Source of the DNA: Azolla caroliniana
Taxonomy: Eukaryota > Plantae > Polypodiophyta
DNA: 64,000 bases
Direction of reading: 5' to 3'
NCBI GenBank assembly: GCA_043228905.1
Contig: JBHGNT010000013.1
Location: 10,602,001 to 10,666,000 of the forward strand
Part shown: positions 13,501 through 26,655 of the stretch, in pieces
Numbering within the stretch: the stretch's first letter is position 1
Layout: each line of letters begins with the position of its first letter
Notes under the pieces: model-generated
The model's database searches: none
Seen by the model: the letters and a program-made list of their open reading frames with translations, nothing else
Told to the model about the DNA's origin: nothing
Made by a program: the position numbers and the translations under genes

Positions 13501-14090
13501 TTAGGGTTTTGTCGCAAGGACACAACACAATTGTTATTTCATAGTTTATCATGCTTTTGTTCCATGTGTATTATAGGTGAATCTTGGGATGAATGCATCA
13601 ATCTATTAGTCATGGAGCCATGGAAGTTGCAGAAGCTTGAGATTCAACAACAAGATGATATTCAAAAAAACAAACATTCATACAATATTGTATACTACAA
13701 CCAATCTACACTTTTATTGGAGATCATTTTGCAGTGCTGAAATCTCCTCAAAGTGAAGATTTTGAATGAAGACTATGACATTGTGGTGTGCAAGCAAGGG
13801 AGAACAATATTGAAAGAAATGACGAGGGATGGTTGGGGCAACATGTCCAACGTTGGCAAGTCTATCATCTGTGGCAACTATTATGCAAAGTTGTCACAAT
13901 GCAAGAACTCATATGCATTATTGTAAGATGCACCCACTACCATAACCTATGATGATGCCATTATCGCAATCAAGTTCACTATGACTCAGGCAAAGCACAA
14001 AATTAAGGGATACAAAACTATCTACAAGGTCCCTCAAGATGTACATGAACACATATTGGGGGAGGTCTCCCTCTTTAATGCTTAGAATTT
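10560..14090 (+). pseudogene. DDE-type DNA transposase pseudogene (Sola/Sola2-like; superfamily tentative) with a 2.1-kb intron at 11090-13208
   Basis: Exons read YISDDKKH...VWFDGVASQFK...FIAR|YFS...WNYFRSGHGKGEHDG...SCFCSMC. The GT...AG intron restores the frame. Several stops. Confidence 0.7.
11285..13170. repeat. 72-bp satellite inside the transposase intron; right half has a 3x72 (216-bp) higher-order repeat
   Basis: ATTTACAAC anchors at about 12277, 12349, 12421, 12493 and onward, with a three-variant cycle. Each unit carries AGTACT/AGTATT motifs. Confidence 0.9.
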
Positions 14091-14199
14091 TAACTGTTAG
14101 TACATTGTAGAAACCTTATAGAATGGCAATTGATCTTCAATGTCAGATCTTCATATGTAACTTCACAAGTTATCCTAATTAGGGATGACAAATTCATCA

Positions 14200-14730
14200 A
14201 TATATATCCCCTTTGGTTTTCCTAAAGTTTTTGGCTCTCTTATAGTGTTAATTGTTTCTAGTAATGTATATATCCTCTTTGGTTTGCTTAAAGTGATTGG
14301 TGCTTATATAGCATTAAATTTTTTTAGTAATATATTATCCTCTTTGGTTTGCATAAAGTGTTTGGTGCTCTTATAGTGTTAACTATTTCTAGTAATGTAT
14401 TATCCTCTTTGGTTTTCATAAAGTATTTGGTGCTCTTGTAGTGTTAACTGTTTCTAGTAATGTATATATCCTCTTTGGTGTTCGTTAATTGTTTGGTGCT
14501 CTTATAGTGGTAAATGTTTCTAGTAATGTAATATCCTCTTTGGTTTTCATAAAGTGCTCTTATAATGTTAACTGTTTCTAGTACAATATATATCCTCTTT
14601 GATTTTCATAAATTATTTGGTGCTCTTATAGTGTTAGCTGTTTCTACTAATGTTGATATCCTCTTTGGTTTTTATAAAGTGTTTGGTGTTCTTATAGTGT
14701 TAACTGTTTCTACTCATGTATATATCCTCT
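14200..14730. repeat. ~65-bp tandem repeat (~8 copies)
   Basis: TATCCTCTTTGGTTT anchors about every 65-66 bp. Confidence 0.85.
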
Positions 14731-14737
14731 TTTGTTC

Positions 14738-14915
14738 ACTATAACAATTATTATGCAAAGTTGCAATGGTCCTCCCACATGTATGCTTTAGTAAAAGATG
14801 CACCCACCGCCATAATCTATGTTGAGGCCATTATCGCAATAAAGTTCACTATGACTCAAAAAAGCACAAGGGTAAGGGAAGTAAACTGTCTACAAGGTCC
14901 CTCAAGAGGTACATG
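14738..14915 (+). repeat. Duplicate of the transposase 3' segment (~13877-14050)
   Basis: Shared TATTATGCAAAGTTG...GATGCACCCAC...GCCATTATCGCAAT...CTACAAGGTCCCTCAAGA. Confidence 0.8.
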
Positions 14916-15099
14916 ATGTCATAGACATCTTTGGAGTGTAATGGACTCAACATTCATCTTCTCATAAGATATCAAATTCATACTTAGAGAGTGAACAAAA
15001 GCAATGTCAATCATATCAATTCGGCACACAATAAGTATAAAAAAGATATATCATTTCAATATGACAATAACAAGTACAGACCATGACCCATAAAATCTT

Positions 15100-16985
15100 T
15101 GGCACTAGTATTTTTTGGTACTTATAATGCATCGAGAACTGATAATCTCCTTCTACATACTATTGAGTGGCACTTCATCATCGGAGGCCAATAGGACAAC
15201 ATTAAATGGTTCCCCTCCTCGGACCGGTGGCACCCCCCTTGAGTTTCCTACTTCGTGGCTGGTAGTTGTGTTTTAATCTGACTCATCATCGATGGTGTTT
15301 TCCACATCTTTCTTAGTACCCATGTGCTCCTCCTCGTGGACAATGCTAGAAACCTCATTCTTTTTATAGTCATTCTCCTCTTCTAAATTGAATGTGGCGT
15401 TTTCTTCACAATCCTCATGTCTGGTTATGGTGTTGTCAGAGTCATCTTTTGTTCAAGGCATAGTCACGATCATAGAGTCTTCATCTCTTCACCATATAGT
15501 GTCTGAATCATCTTCTTGTATTTGTTCATCTCTTAGTTCTTGTCCAACTAAATTTGAATGCACCCAACAATACCAATGTCAATACCAATCTCAATTAACA
15601 TACAAGGTAAAGGTTCACACTCCTGCCCACCTATGTATATAATAGATCCTCTACTTCTGTAGACTATGCTAGTACTAGCCAACCTAAGTATATAATAGAT
15701 TCTAGTACTAAACCTACAATACAACTAATTGTAGAATGAAGTGTGTACTATGTTAGTACTAGCTCACCGAAATATAGGATGAATTCTAGTACTACACCAA
15801 CTATACACCTAAAGGTCTCCTGAAGTGTGTACTGTGCTAGTACTAGCCCACCTAAATATAGAATGGATACTAGTACTAAACAAACTGTACAACTAATTGC
15901 AGAATGAAGTGTGTACTATGTTAGTACTAGCTCACCTAAATATAGGATGGATTCTAGTACTACACCAACTGTACACCTAAAGGTCTCCTAAATTTGTACT
16001 ATGCTTGTCCTTGCCCACCTAAATATAGAATGGATTCTAGTACTAAACCAATTGTACAACTAATTGTAGAATGAAGTGTGTACTATGTTAGTACTAGTTC
16101 ACTTATATATAGGATGGATTCTAGTACTACACCAACTCTACATGTAGAGGTCTCATGAAGTGTATACTATGCAAGTACTAGCCCACCTACACATAGAATG
16201 GATTCTAGTACTAAATCAATTGTACAACTAATTCCAGAATGAAGTGTGTACTATGTTAGTACTAGCTCACTTAAATATAGGATGGATTCTAGTACTACAC
16301 CAACTGTACACCTAAAGGTCTTTTGCAGTATGTGATATGCTAGTACTAGCCCATCTAAATATAGACTAGATTCTAGTAATAAACTAACTGTACAACTAAT
16401 TACTGAATGAAGTGCATACTATGTTAGTACTAGCCAACCTAAATATAAGATGGATTTTAGTACTCCACCAATTGTACGCCTAAAGGTGTCCTGAAGTGTG
16501 TACTATGCTAGTACTAGCCCACCAAAATATAGAATGGGATTCAGTTAGAGAAGCATGTTTAGTACTACAACAACTATACACCAACATGTAAAATTAGTTA
16601 CGATGAATGCACAAGAACTAAAGGACATAAATATCGATGCAACATATAGTATATGGAGCAAAACCAGTACTAAACCATGAATTTTCTATTTTCTGGTATG
16701 AATTGTGACCTAAACCAATACTTAAGCAACTATAAAATGGAGTCAGAAAGTACAGAAAAACATAATAGCAGTATCACATACCAGAGGAGTGAAATTTGAA
16801 ACCCATAGCTAAGTACTATTCAGCTCCAACAGTAATTTTACAGTCCATACATGTAATTACTTTCTCAAAGTGGTACTTAGCACATAGCGTATGATATGTG
16901 TGCAAACACAGTGTAATCACAACATCCATAGCCTCGAGCTTGAATCCAAGGCCACAGATACACACATGCACTTGGAGACACAAAC
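15100..16985 (-). pseudogene. Remnant of a RING-H2 finger gene with an acidic C-terminal exon, convergent to the transposase
   Basis: 16782-16970 reads C..C-x13-CLHTYHTLC-x10-CMDC (one indel, one stop), followed by a GTATG donor. An acidic exon lies at about 15100-15630. Confidence 0.55.
15650..16565. repeat. 84-bp satellite (168-bp dimer) in the putative intron of the RING gene
   Basis: TGAAGTGTGTACTATG anchors at about 15737, 15821, 15906, 16072, 16156, 16240, 16407 and 16492, with two TAGTACTA per unit. Confidence 0.9.
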
Positions 16986-17559
16986 TACAATATAATAGCT
17001 AAAGGAGAAAAATATAAACCGTAGAAGGTAAAAGCAGAGATATCCTCACATGCATCCTCAGACTTCAAGACAATGTTTGTACTTGAGGATTCTCTATAAT
17101 GTGATGATTGGAGACGAGTAAAGACTTCATAGTCAACTTGAATGTCACTTGAACGTCATATGCAAAAACACATGCGCTTCACCCTTTCTTTGGTGTGTGT
17201 CTATTTACTTTGTTTGACGGGGGGTCCACGTTCTTTCCTTTGTGGGTGTCATCACTTCATCTTTGACTAGTGCTTTCTTTGTGGGTGTCTTCTTTTTCAA
17301 TTTTCTAGCTATCACTTTTCTTCTAAAAAAGCTTCCACAACATAGTATTAACTCCCTTACATAGCTATAAACTAGTACTTCACACATCAATATACATAGC
17401 AGAATACCATTCCTAGATCACGCAACAGATTACCACACTATAAATATGTCTGGACAATAATACTAAATCAACAAGAACAAGAAGAATAACAACAAGAAAA
17501 CAACTTTTCAACATAGCAGTACTAAGTCAAGCATCCCCCTTTCCAAGAAGAAGAAGAAG

Positions 17560-18480
17560 AAGCAAAGCAGATTCTAACATATACATGTACAAAATTCAAG
17601 CATATCTCGACCCTCAAATGAACACTACACAGAAACAATAACATCACCACCAACAACAAGAACATGACATAATAGTCTGGTCCAAAAATAACAAAATCAT
17701 ATACTTGTCATCACATAATTACTAAAACTCTACTCACAAATGAACACTCAGAAAAAAAAGAACAACAATTGCATCAACATCAACAAAAACAACAAGAACA
17801 TGACATAGTAGTCAGATCAAGAACAACGCACTTCTTGGACATGCCATCACAATAGTACTAAATGAGGCACCCTTTTCCAAGCCTCAACAAGTGCAAGATT
17901 CATATCTCAGCTCTTGGATGAACACTGGAGAAAACAAGAACAACAACAAGAAGAACAAGAGCAAGAACATCACCAAACATACTCAACAAGAACATGTTGA
18001 GGAACATAACATATACATAGGACCATATCATCATAGCAGCCCTTTCCATATGTGAACATGTATAAGACTCAACCATATACATGTTACCAGACTCTGAAAT
18101 GAACACATTTCAAAAACAAGATGAAAAACATACTCAACAAGAACATGTTGAGGAAGATAACAAATAAATAACATCATATCATCATAACGCCCCTTTACCA
18201 TATATGAACATGTACAAGACTCAAGCATATTTTTGTACAAGGCTCTTAAATGAACACATTTGAAAAACAAGACAAATGAAGAGCAGGAACAACAACAAAC
18301 ATGCTCAACAAGAACATGTTGAGGAAGATAATATACAAATAACATCACATAATCATAACACCCTTACCATAATGAACATGTACAAGACTCAAGCATATTT
18401 CTATACAAGACTCTCAAATGAGCACATTTGAAAAACCAGACATAAAAAGAACATTTACAAACAAAATCAACAAGAATATA
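17560..18480. repeat. Degenerate ~150-170 bp tandem repeat
   Basis: CTCAACAAGAACATGTTGAGGAA at about 17982, 18133 and 18304. Confidence 0.65.
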
Positions 18481-19039
18481 CCTCTTCTCGAATAGTTGAA
18501 GAGACTTCTTAATGAATATGTGGTAGAGTCACAAGTTATTTGCCGACAAATTGTTGTAGATCATGCAACAAAACCTACAATAGGAGGAGACCTAGATGTT
18601 GTGTCGTTTGAAGAGGTCGTTGCATGTTTGTTGTAGAGGGGTCACCGCAAGGACATTGAGAAGAGATGGTATGAACACAACGAGCAGAGGGGAAAGAGTG
18701 ACCAATGAATGTCTGATACACCATAGAGCGGTCACAATAATAACAAAGAGCAAAGAATGCATGCTCATTGCAGATAGGTCACAACAACAACAAAGCAAAG
18801 AATTCTTGTTCGCTCTGGATGATGTGACACAACAAGCACCAATGAGCAGACATGGTGGGGACATAGCGAGCAAAGGAGACAGAGTGAGAATAGAGTGCCT
18901 TGAGGTTGCAAGAGGGTCAAAGAAAACACAGAACGTGGTTGCCTCGAGGTGCAGACGGTCTGAAGCGTCGCCACAACTTGAACACCTATGAATGCAGGAG
19001 AAGCAAAGAGAGATCTGAGAGAGAGGGAGATCTGAGAAA

Positions 19040-22000
19040 GAGAGATAAATAGATAGATAGATTATATTATCGTCTTCACGTGAGACCAAAAAGATTACAT
19101 TTCACATGATACATGTGAAAGTGAGTAGTGACTCTCGATGTTCAAGAACTTTACCAATGAATGTTGCAATCGAGAGTGCACATTGTGGTTTTGAGAGGAA
19201 TTCATGCAAGGATTGGGCTCGGTCGAAGAGATGTGGAAAGCATGGTCGAATATGATCCAAGTTAGAGCATTGTATCAAAGTGTGATACTCAGACTCGCGA
19301 ACTTGTTTAAGGCAAAGTGTGCATAGTCGACCACTCTCATCACTTGTGCCCCAACGCCCTATCTCACATCGCAATGCATGTGAGCTAAGTCGCATGGAAG
19401 CAATGGTTCGAATGGCAGATAAGGTAATGGGCTCTAACATTTATCGATGTGTATGATTTCCCCGTTCCGCAAGAAAATGGTTTTTTAGTTAGGTGCAACA
19501 TGTGTAGTATAATGTGTGAAGTGTGAGTCTCCACATTTGTCCCATCTCATGATACATTGGCGTTGCAAAAAGGCCTTATTTATAGAGGAATCTAATGATG
19601 CATCATGAAGCAAGTGTCTCGCATCCCATCTACCAAACCATTTTTCTATATCTTGCATCCAACCGGAACACAAAATTTTGCTTTTATGCATCTTTTGGAC
19701 CTTTCTGCTTGCTTCCCATGCAATTCTAGGAAGTTGATGTGAGTGACATTTTTTAACCTTAGGCATGTATTGAACAACCCTTTCCATGGCCATGATCTCA
19801 ATGGGAAGCGATCACGTCTCAAGGAGGAGGAGGCTGCAGGGTGTTTGTTACTTAACTTCGAGAAACTTTGTAAGAAAATGTTTTTGGACATTTTCAAACT
19901 CTTTCCACATAGATTTAGGGATGTTACCGCCCCATACTTCCAACCCATTGAGAAGAACAGGTGTCACCAAAGTGTCGGAAAGATATTTCTTGAGGACCCA
20001 ACACTTAATATCTCCAAGATTGCATGTGTTCTCAACTGCATTGTATGTTCGCTTACCCGCCTCTAAGCGGTGTTTAGCACATTCATTCCATCTATGATTT
20101 GAAGAAACTTCAAGGCCAACATATTTGAAGCTTTCCACACATTCAAGTGGCTCATTGTTGTACATAATGCATGGTTTATCTTGTTTTTTGCTCTTCACAA
20201 GCATAATCTTTGTTTTAGAGCTATTGACACTTAATTTAGTATGCATGCAATTTTTTTCCAATGCCTTCATAAGCTTTCCAAAAAGCACTACATCATTTGC
20301 ATATAGCAAAAGCATAATCACAACATTCCCAATGGCAACTTCTTCAACACATTCTTCCTTTGCAAACTTGGTAACCATTTCTTCCAATTCATCAATGCAT
20401 AGACCAAACAGTGTTGGTGAGAGTGGGCATCCTTGCTTAACACCAATAGTGCTTTTGAAAAAATCGAAAAGTTTATTTGTCATGCGCACACAACATATAA
20501 CCTTCTCATAAATTCGGGAAATTGCAAGCATATATTCACTTGGCACCTCAAGTTCTTCCATTCGCCTCCAAAGATGCTCACGAGGTACCATATCAAAAGC
20601 GTTATTGAAGTCTAGAAAACAACAATATAAACCTTTACCTCTAAGACGAATTTCCTCCATTAATACTCGAAGGGTGACAAGGTGATCAATGATGCTATGG
20701 TGTTTTCGAAAGCCAGCTTGTCCAAAAGCTCTCTTACCATTTTTTTCAGCCTATATACTTATCTTTGATTCCATTATACATCCAAACAGTTTTGCCATTA
20801 ATGAGCCAACCATGATAGTTCGATAATTGTTTACATTATTTAAATCTCCACCTTTATGTAAAGGTTTGATCCAATTTGTAGTCCAATCGTACGGCATACC
20901 ATGTTGCAATGCATCATTAAACATATCGTTTATCCATACATGTGCGTCCTTTTCCGTCCTTTTCCGTCCATTTGAGCATTTCAGCCTTTATACATTGAAG
21001 ATCGCTTACTTTTCGAGAGGCCAATTTCTTAAGTCCTATGCATATATCTTCAATTGTAAAGAAGGGCGACATATGTGAAAGAGAACCATAACACATCATC
21101 TTTCCGGCAAGAGATAACTCATATAAATTCTTACGATGCATAGACAAGTCATGAAGAGTTAAGTCAACATAACTCTCAACACGTTATTGTGAAGATCCGT
21201 CACTACGTGCGGATTGTGAGGCGGAACCACCGGGGTTTTGGACCGAAAGGACTCGAAGTTTGCACAAGCTTTAGCGAGAAAGGAATTAAGATAGATTGAT
21301 AGAGAGAGAGAGAGATTGAGATAAGATAAAACGCTTGACTTTAGATTGAGAGAGAGGTTAAGATTGAACTCTTGATTTTAGATTTGAAGAACAAGATTAA
21401 TACATCATTTGGATAGCGAATTTTCTTCTTAATATTAATTTTGATATAAAGTACAAAGCTCTTGATAAAAATTTTACATTAATCCTTTCATCTTTTTCCT
21501 CCCCTCTTTTATAGATGCCCTCATGCATTTGAGGGTACAAGACATGGATAAAATGCATGTTTGCCATTTGGCGCTCATGTATTACATGTGGTGCATGATA
21601 ACCATGTCACTAATTTTAGCTCTCATGTATGAGAATTTACATGTAAAGTTACAATGATAAAAATATAATTCCAAGAAATGTGTTGTCTTAGTGGGAAGCC
21701 TATTGACTCTCAACTTGGAGGTGCAAGGTTCAAATCCTTACTTTCCCTCCTTATGTATATGTATAAATATTTATTTATTTATTTATCCATCTAGCCGCCG
21801 GTTGCCGGTTACCATTCGGTCGCCGGATGTCGGTTGCTGGATGTCGGTTACCGTCCGGTCGCCAGATCCCGGTTCCAACGCCGGACGCCTGTTACGTTGT
21901 CGGTCCGGTTTTGGTTGGCGAAAACCTTTGCAAGTAGTCAGGCCATACCCATTCATCCAATGCTTAGTTCAAGTCACCTTGAACTCTCTATGCTCCACAC

Positions 22001-23577
22001 ATAGACACAAAGATAATAGCTTTTGCTCTACGTTATATATGGTGAGATCCTTATTTCCTGTCTATGTGGGATATCTCACAATTTTATTTTTCTCTTTGTC
22101 TTTGCAAACTTCCTACCCACATAAGTTGACACTTAGATGTTCGTTTCTTATGTAATAAAGTGCATCCGAAATCTCTTCAAGACCTCCATCTTTTTGTACT
22201 AAGATATTAAACTTACTTAAAATTAGTATCTTCACTATTATTGTTTTATATGAATCACACTCGATTTCGTACGTTTTATGTGATTTTCACACCATTGCCG
22301 AAAATCTTCACGACAACGTTTCCCCTTTAGATTTCCCCAAAATTTAGCACATGCATGTGCTTTCTCTTGCATTTGGATAAATTGTTGAGTAACTTCCCAT
22401 ATTCTTCTCTTTCTTTGAATATGCCTTTTATACGCATGCAAATGCTTTTGGTAATTCTCTTTATCCTTAACTACATCCAAAACCATAAGGCACTTTCGAG
22501 CTTCACGACATTCTTTATCAAATCAGTTTTTCCTATGTTTCTTGGTGCATTTCCAAGATGTGCGGTTGGTCGAAAAACATTTGTTTGTACAAAAGAGAAT
22601 GACTTTCTTGAAAGCTTCCCATTTGCATTCTAGTGTGGCACCATGTTGTATCCTGGTCATTTGTAACATATCCTCAACCATCTTGGAATACATGGGCACT
22701 CGCTTAAGGTTCATGCTCAAGTGCGGTTGTTTATTATCTTCAATAGCCTTCTCACAATCAAACCTATGCATACATTTGAGATCAATACATAAAGGCCTAT
22801 GATCGGAATCCGGTGTCCATTCACCAAGTGAGAATTTATGTATACGATCCAAAATACCTTCGGAAAGTAGCACATAGTCAATCACACTGTTTCCGTTGTG
22901 TTTTCTACATGTAAAACCATTAGTGTTGGGTCATAAGGAAATACCATTTGCAATAAGCAATCCAGTACTATTGCACATTTGTAGGAGTAACTTCCCAAAT
23001 TGGTCTGGATCTTTTGCATCGCGAGAAGAGCGGCTATACATTTGCATATCCTCTTGCATTCTTGAGATCTGTGGCATGAAAGATTCTTGTGAATCAAGTT
23101 GGAAACTTCTTGTACAAGCATTCATGTCACCAAAGACAATAACTTCCCCTTTGGATTTGAAATAAGCAATATAATATTCTAGATTGGCAAAAGGTTGATC
23201 TTTATCCAAACAAGCATAAAAGTTAGAATCTTGATGAGGAATGTAACATCCAACTACAAAAGTGGTCAAATCATTAGGTGTTTCTATTTTGAGCCATATG
23301 TAGCATTTATGTTCATTGACACATATTTCTCTATTTCCTTCTTAATCAAACATGCCACCCCTCCTTGTCCTCTTCTTTGTCTTGGATTTTTCTTCCATAT
23401 CAAAGAGTGTATATTATAGTTTCCAAAACCTTGAATCCTTTGAGTATCATGCTCCCAATTTTCAACAAGAAGTGTGATATCCGAGTCATCAGTGAACTCC
23501 TCTATGCCAAATCCCGCATTCCATGGGTATCCATTGCAATTCCAAAAGCATAGTCGTAAAAGGCATGGGTTAGTCAG
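19040..23577 (-). mobile_element. LINE (APE endonuclease + RT, RTEX/CR1-like) with a (TATC)n 3' tail; degenerate and split by a solo LTR
   Basis: EN motifs FWNCNG, FGDMNA and SDHRPL; RT motifs FLDFNNAFD, GVKQGCPLSP and LLYAND; C-terminal LRCEIGRW...CTLC...ESEYHTLIQC; ATAG-repeat tail at about 19045-19062. Confidence 0.85.
21185..22315 (-). mobile_element. Solo LTR, same family as the LTR at 58633-59576
   Basis: 4-bp TSD ACGT (21181-84 and 22316-19), termini T(A)T(T)GTGAAGAT...ATCTTCACGACA, and colinearity with 58633-59576. Confidence 0.9.
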
Positions 23578-24187
23578 AGAGAGAGGGAGAGAGGGAGAGA
23601 GAGAGGGAGACTCACACACTCACCTTCAACCTTGACATATGCACCTTCATCCTTAACTAGAATTTATTACACAAGGGAGACTTGGACAGAGACGTAAAAT
23701 TGGTACACCGTAGCCTGCTTTCACCCTAGGCACATTGGCCAGAGAGGAAGTGCCGAAATGGGTACTAAATGGGTTCCGGCTAAAACCATATCTCGGGCGA
23801 CCCCACCAAACCCATAACTTGCGGATTAGTAGAAAGTAAGCCGGATGGAGTCAACCGGTAGTGCAGTAGATGTGGAATGACAAGGCCGAACCAAAAGGGA
23901 GGATGCTGAAAAAATAATGAGATCGGCCAAATCGGGAGTAGCCAAACCAGGGGTTCTGGACGAATCGGCAAAAGGAGCAAGAGAAAGAGAATTGGCAAGT
24001 ATTAGAAAAGGCATGGAATCAGCAGTAACCAGAAAAGAGAACAGTTAAATTAGTTGTGACCCAAAGAAAAATAAAATAAAATAGAATAGAGTCAACTTAA
24101 TTTAGCCAAGGTAATTAAGCCGGAAGTACGAATCAACTTCGAGACCTAAACCGGCATGGAGAGGGTTAGTTATTTAATTTGTCGCTA

Positions 24188-24969
24188 CATTAGGATCAAA
24201 TAACGGTTATAGAAGCAGAATCTTTTTGGATCACGCGCCATTATGGAAAATTAATGAGCATACACTACCTATTAAGCAATGGTCCGAAAAACAAAGTACG
24301 ATCATGACGCGTGCGAGGTGGGAAGGCAGCGATGAACAACAAAAGGCCAAAAATAGAAGAAGGCATCTCATTCAGAGATTGAAAACTTTCCAGAGAACAG
24401 AGCGAAGTCGAGCACAACATGTTGAAAATGGGACTCGGCCACAACCGAGATTCAAGCACAAAAACAGAATATTGCACACATAGAGACAAGAGGACACAAT
24501 ATGTTTTACATGGAAAACCCTAATAGGGAAAAACCATTGGAGTCCACAAACTCCGAACTATCAGTATATGGAGGAGGAATACAAATAAGAAACTTTAAGG
24601 TAACTACCTTGAGTTCTTCTACACTCTCTCACTCTCCTACACACACACACACACACACACACTTAGTTATAGATGCAATTGCTCACTATATCTTTTAAAA
24701 CAATAATCATCATGCACAACTAACAACCTGCCCTAAATATATTTATACTCATATACATAAATGACTATTCACAAAAATAGCCTTAATGGGCACATCAAGG
24801 CTATTTACAAATATAGCCCAATCCGATACGATCGATTTGGCTATTAGCCGAGTCGATTGTCGATTAGTCGAATTTTTGGCCTCGGCCTATTGGCTTCGGC
24901 CGAGTTACCTATCGACTCAATTCGATCCGGCTCGTGCTCTTTCCATCCGAAGGGACGTATTTCCTAACA
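24188..24969 (-). repeat. 3' LTR of the copia element
   Basis: Ends ...TAACA next to the PPT. The left end CATTAGGATC is a mutated TGTTAGGATC, and the LTR is homologous to those at 28687 and 30459. Confidence 0.75.
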
Positions 24970-25295
24970 AACTCCCCCTTCACTCTGGTATGGGGTACTT
25001 CGTCAGTCCAACCCATCTTCGGCACGCTTCCAGTTACTTTGCGGACAATACCTTTGTTAGCATCACTGGCATGTTCTCCGTTGTGTGGATCTTCATTAGA
25101 GCAAACTCCTTTTCTTCTACCATTTCTTGGAGCCAATGGTATCTCCTCTGGATGTGCTTGGTCCTCGAATGGTAGGGGCACTCTTCACAAGGTGGATGGC
25201 AGTTTGATTGTGATAGTAGAGTTAGAATTCTTCTTGCCAAATTCCTAGCTCTCCAATGAACTCCTTCATCCATATGACTTCCTTTTCGGCTTCGA

Positions 25296-26651
25296 CCGAC
25301 TTAAAAAATAATAGGACTTTATCCAACCCCACCAATCTTCGATCCCGGGTCGAGATTGAGCAAAACGATGCTCGAACTCTTGGCATGCTTGCATTGCGCT
25401 ACGATGGGTCTTCCGATGCTACCCATTGGTTGAACTCGCACCGACCTTGCCTGTTCGGTTTTTCATAACCATATTCCTCCAATAGAGACTCCTTGAAGGA
25501 TACACACGACTCGTGAGATTCTCAAAGATCTTTAACCTCTTCATGGATTGATATGGCCACCACCCGACAAAAATACTTTAGCCTCGTTGCGTCATCCACA
25601 TCCCTCGTCATCATCTGAGCATTGTAGGCTTTTAAAAATTTTGGGACCTCGTCCCCGTTGAAACGGATTACTTTTTTCAACCACGTTCTCGATGGCTTGT
25701 TGAGCCGCATCTTGCCTTTCTCTTTCCTTCGAAAACTTCATGATCATACTCAACATTATCTCCTCGAAATTTTCTTCCTCCATCATCCTCCCTTGCCGCC
25801 CTTTCACTTCGGGTTCACCAAAGATGTCGCGGAAATCCGAGGGTACGTGTTGGCTTGGGTGGGACCACGGGGGTCTTGGACTAGGGAGTAGAGGGGAAAT
25901 GGGAGCTTATCCCTTACAATCTTCGACCTCAAAAGGCTAGGAGAAAGAAGAAGAGATCAACACGATAGAGAAATATATGGAGACAAGGTTCATCAAGCTA
26001 ATTCCATTATAGGGCACGAAAGCCACAATACAATTACAACCGCGGCCAATTAGCCCGAACTCAAGGAGAACTAGAAGAAACGATAATGACTAAAGAGAGA
26101 AAAGGAAACCCTAAACCTTCTTAACTACTACCATGATGAGCAAACGAAAACCCTAAAATGAAATAGGGATAAGATGAAGAAGAAATAACCTAACGGTCTA
26201 CCTCTCACGACAAAATGAAGACTCCCTCAATGGTGCCTCCTCACCCTCTTTTATAGTGGAAAAGGGTGAGCTTATTACAAAAGGAGAAGACAAATATTCC
26301 ACTCTTTTCAAAGAGGGATTTTTGCCTTGATTGCAGGAGGAGAAATTGATGGGGCCTTAACTCCCTCTCCTCTCATTTTCACACACACACACACACTACC
26401 ATGCCCACTACTCATCACGCCCTTATTTCTATCCACTCTCTTTTCCTACGTGTGCATGTGCACCTAAGTGCACATCATATTTATACTTTATGAACCTTTT
26501 GGTGTACTTTAGCACCTTACATTTCACCTTTCCCTTTACATTTGCTTTCTTATTCTTATTTACAAATTCCCAAGTGCATGTGCAATGTTGCACATCCCAT
26601 TTTTATTCGTCCCACTCAGGTTTCTTATCGTAACCGAAAATCCTCACGACA
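25296..26651 (-). mobile_element. Truncated gypsy-type element: 5' LTR (25825-26651), tRNA-Trp PBS (25805-25820) and gag N-terminus
   Basis: TGTCG...CGACA LTR; PBS TGGTGAACCCGAAGTG matches the plant tRNA-Trp 3' end at 15/16 from memory; gag-like RFNGDEVPKFLKAYN follows. The rest is deleted. Confidence 0.8.
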
Positions 26652-26655
26652 ACGC

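Noticed and set aside
18592-19089. Overlapping 131-165 aa ORFs
   Set aside because: No recognisable domain; low-complexity repeat-derived sequence.
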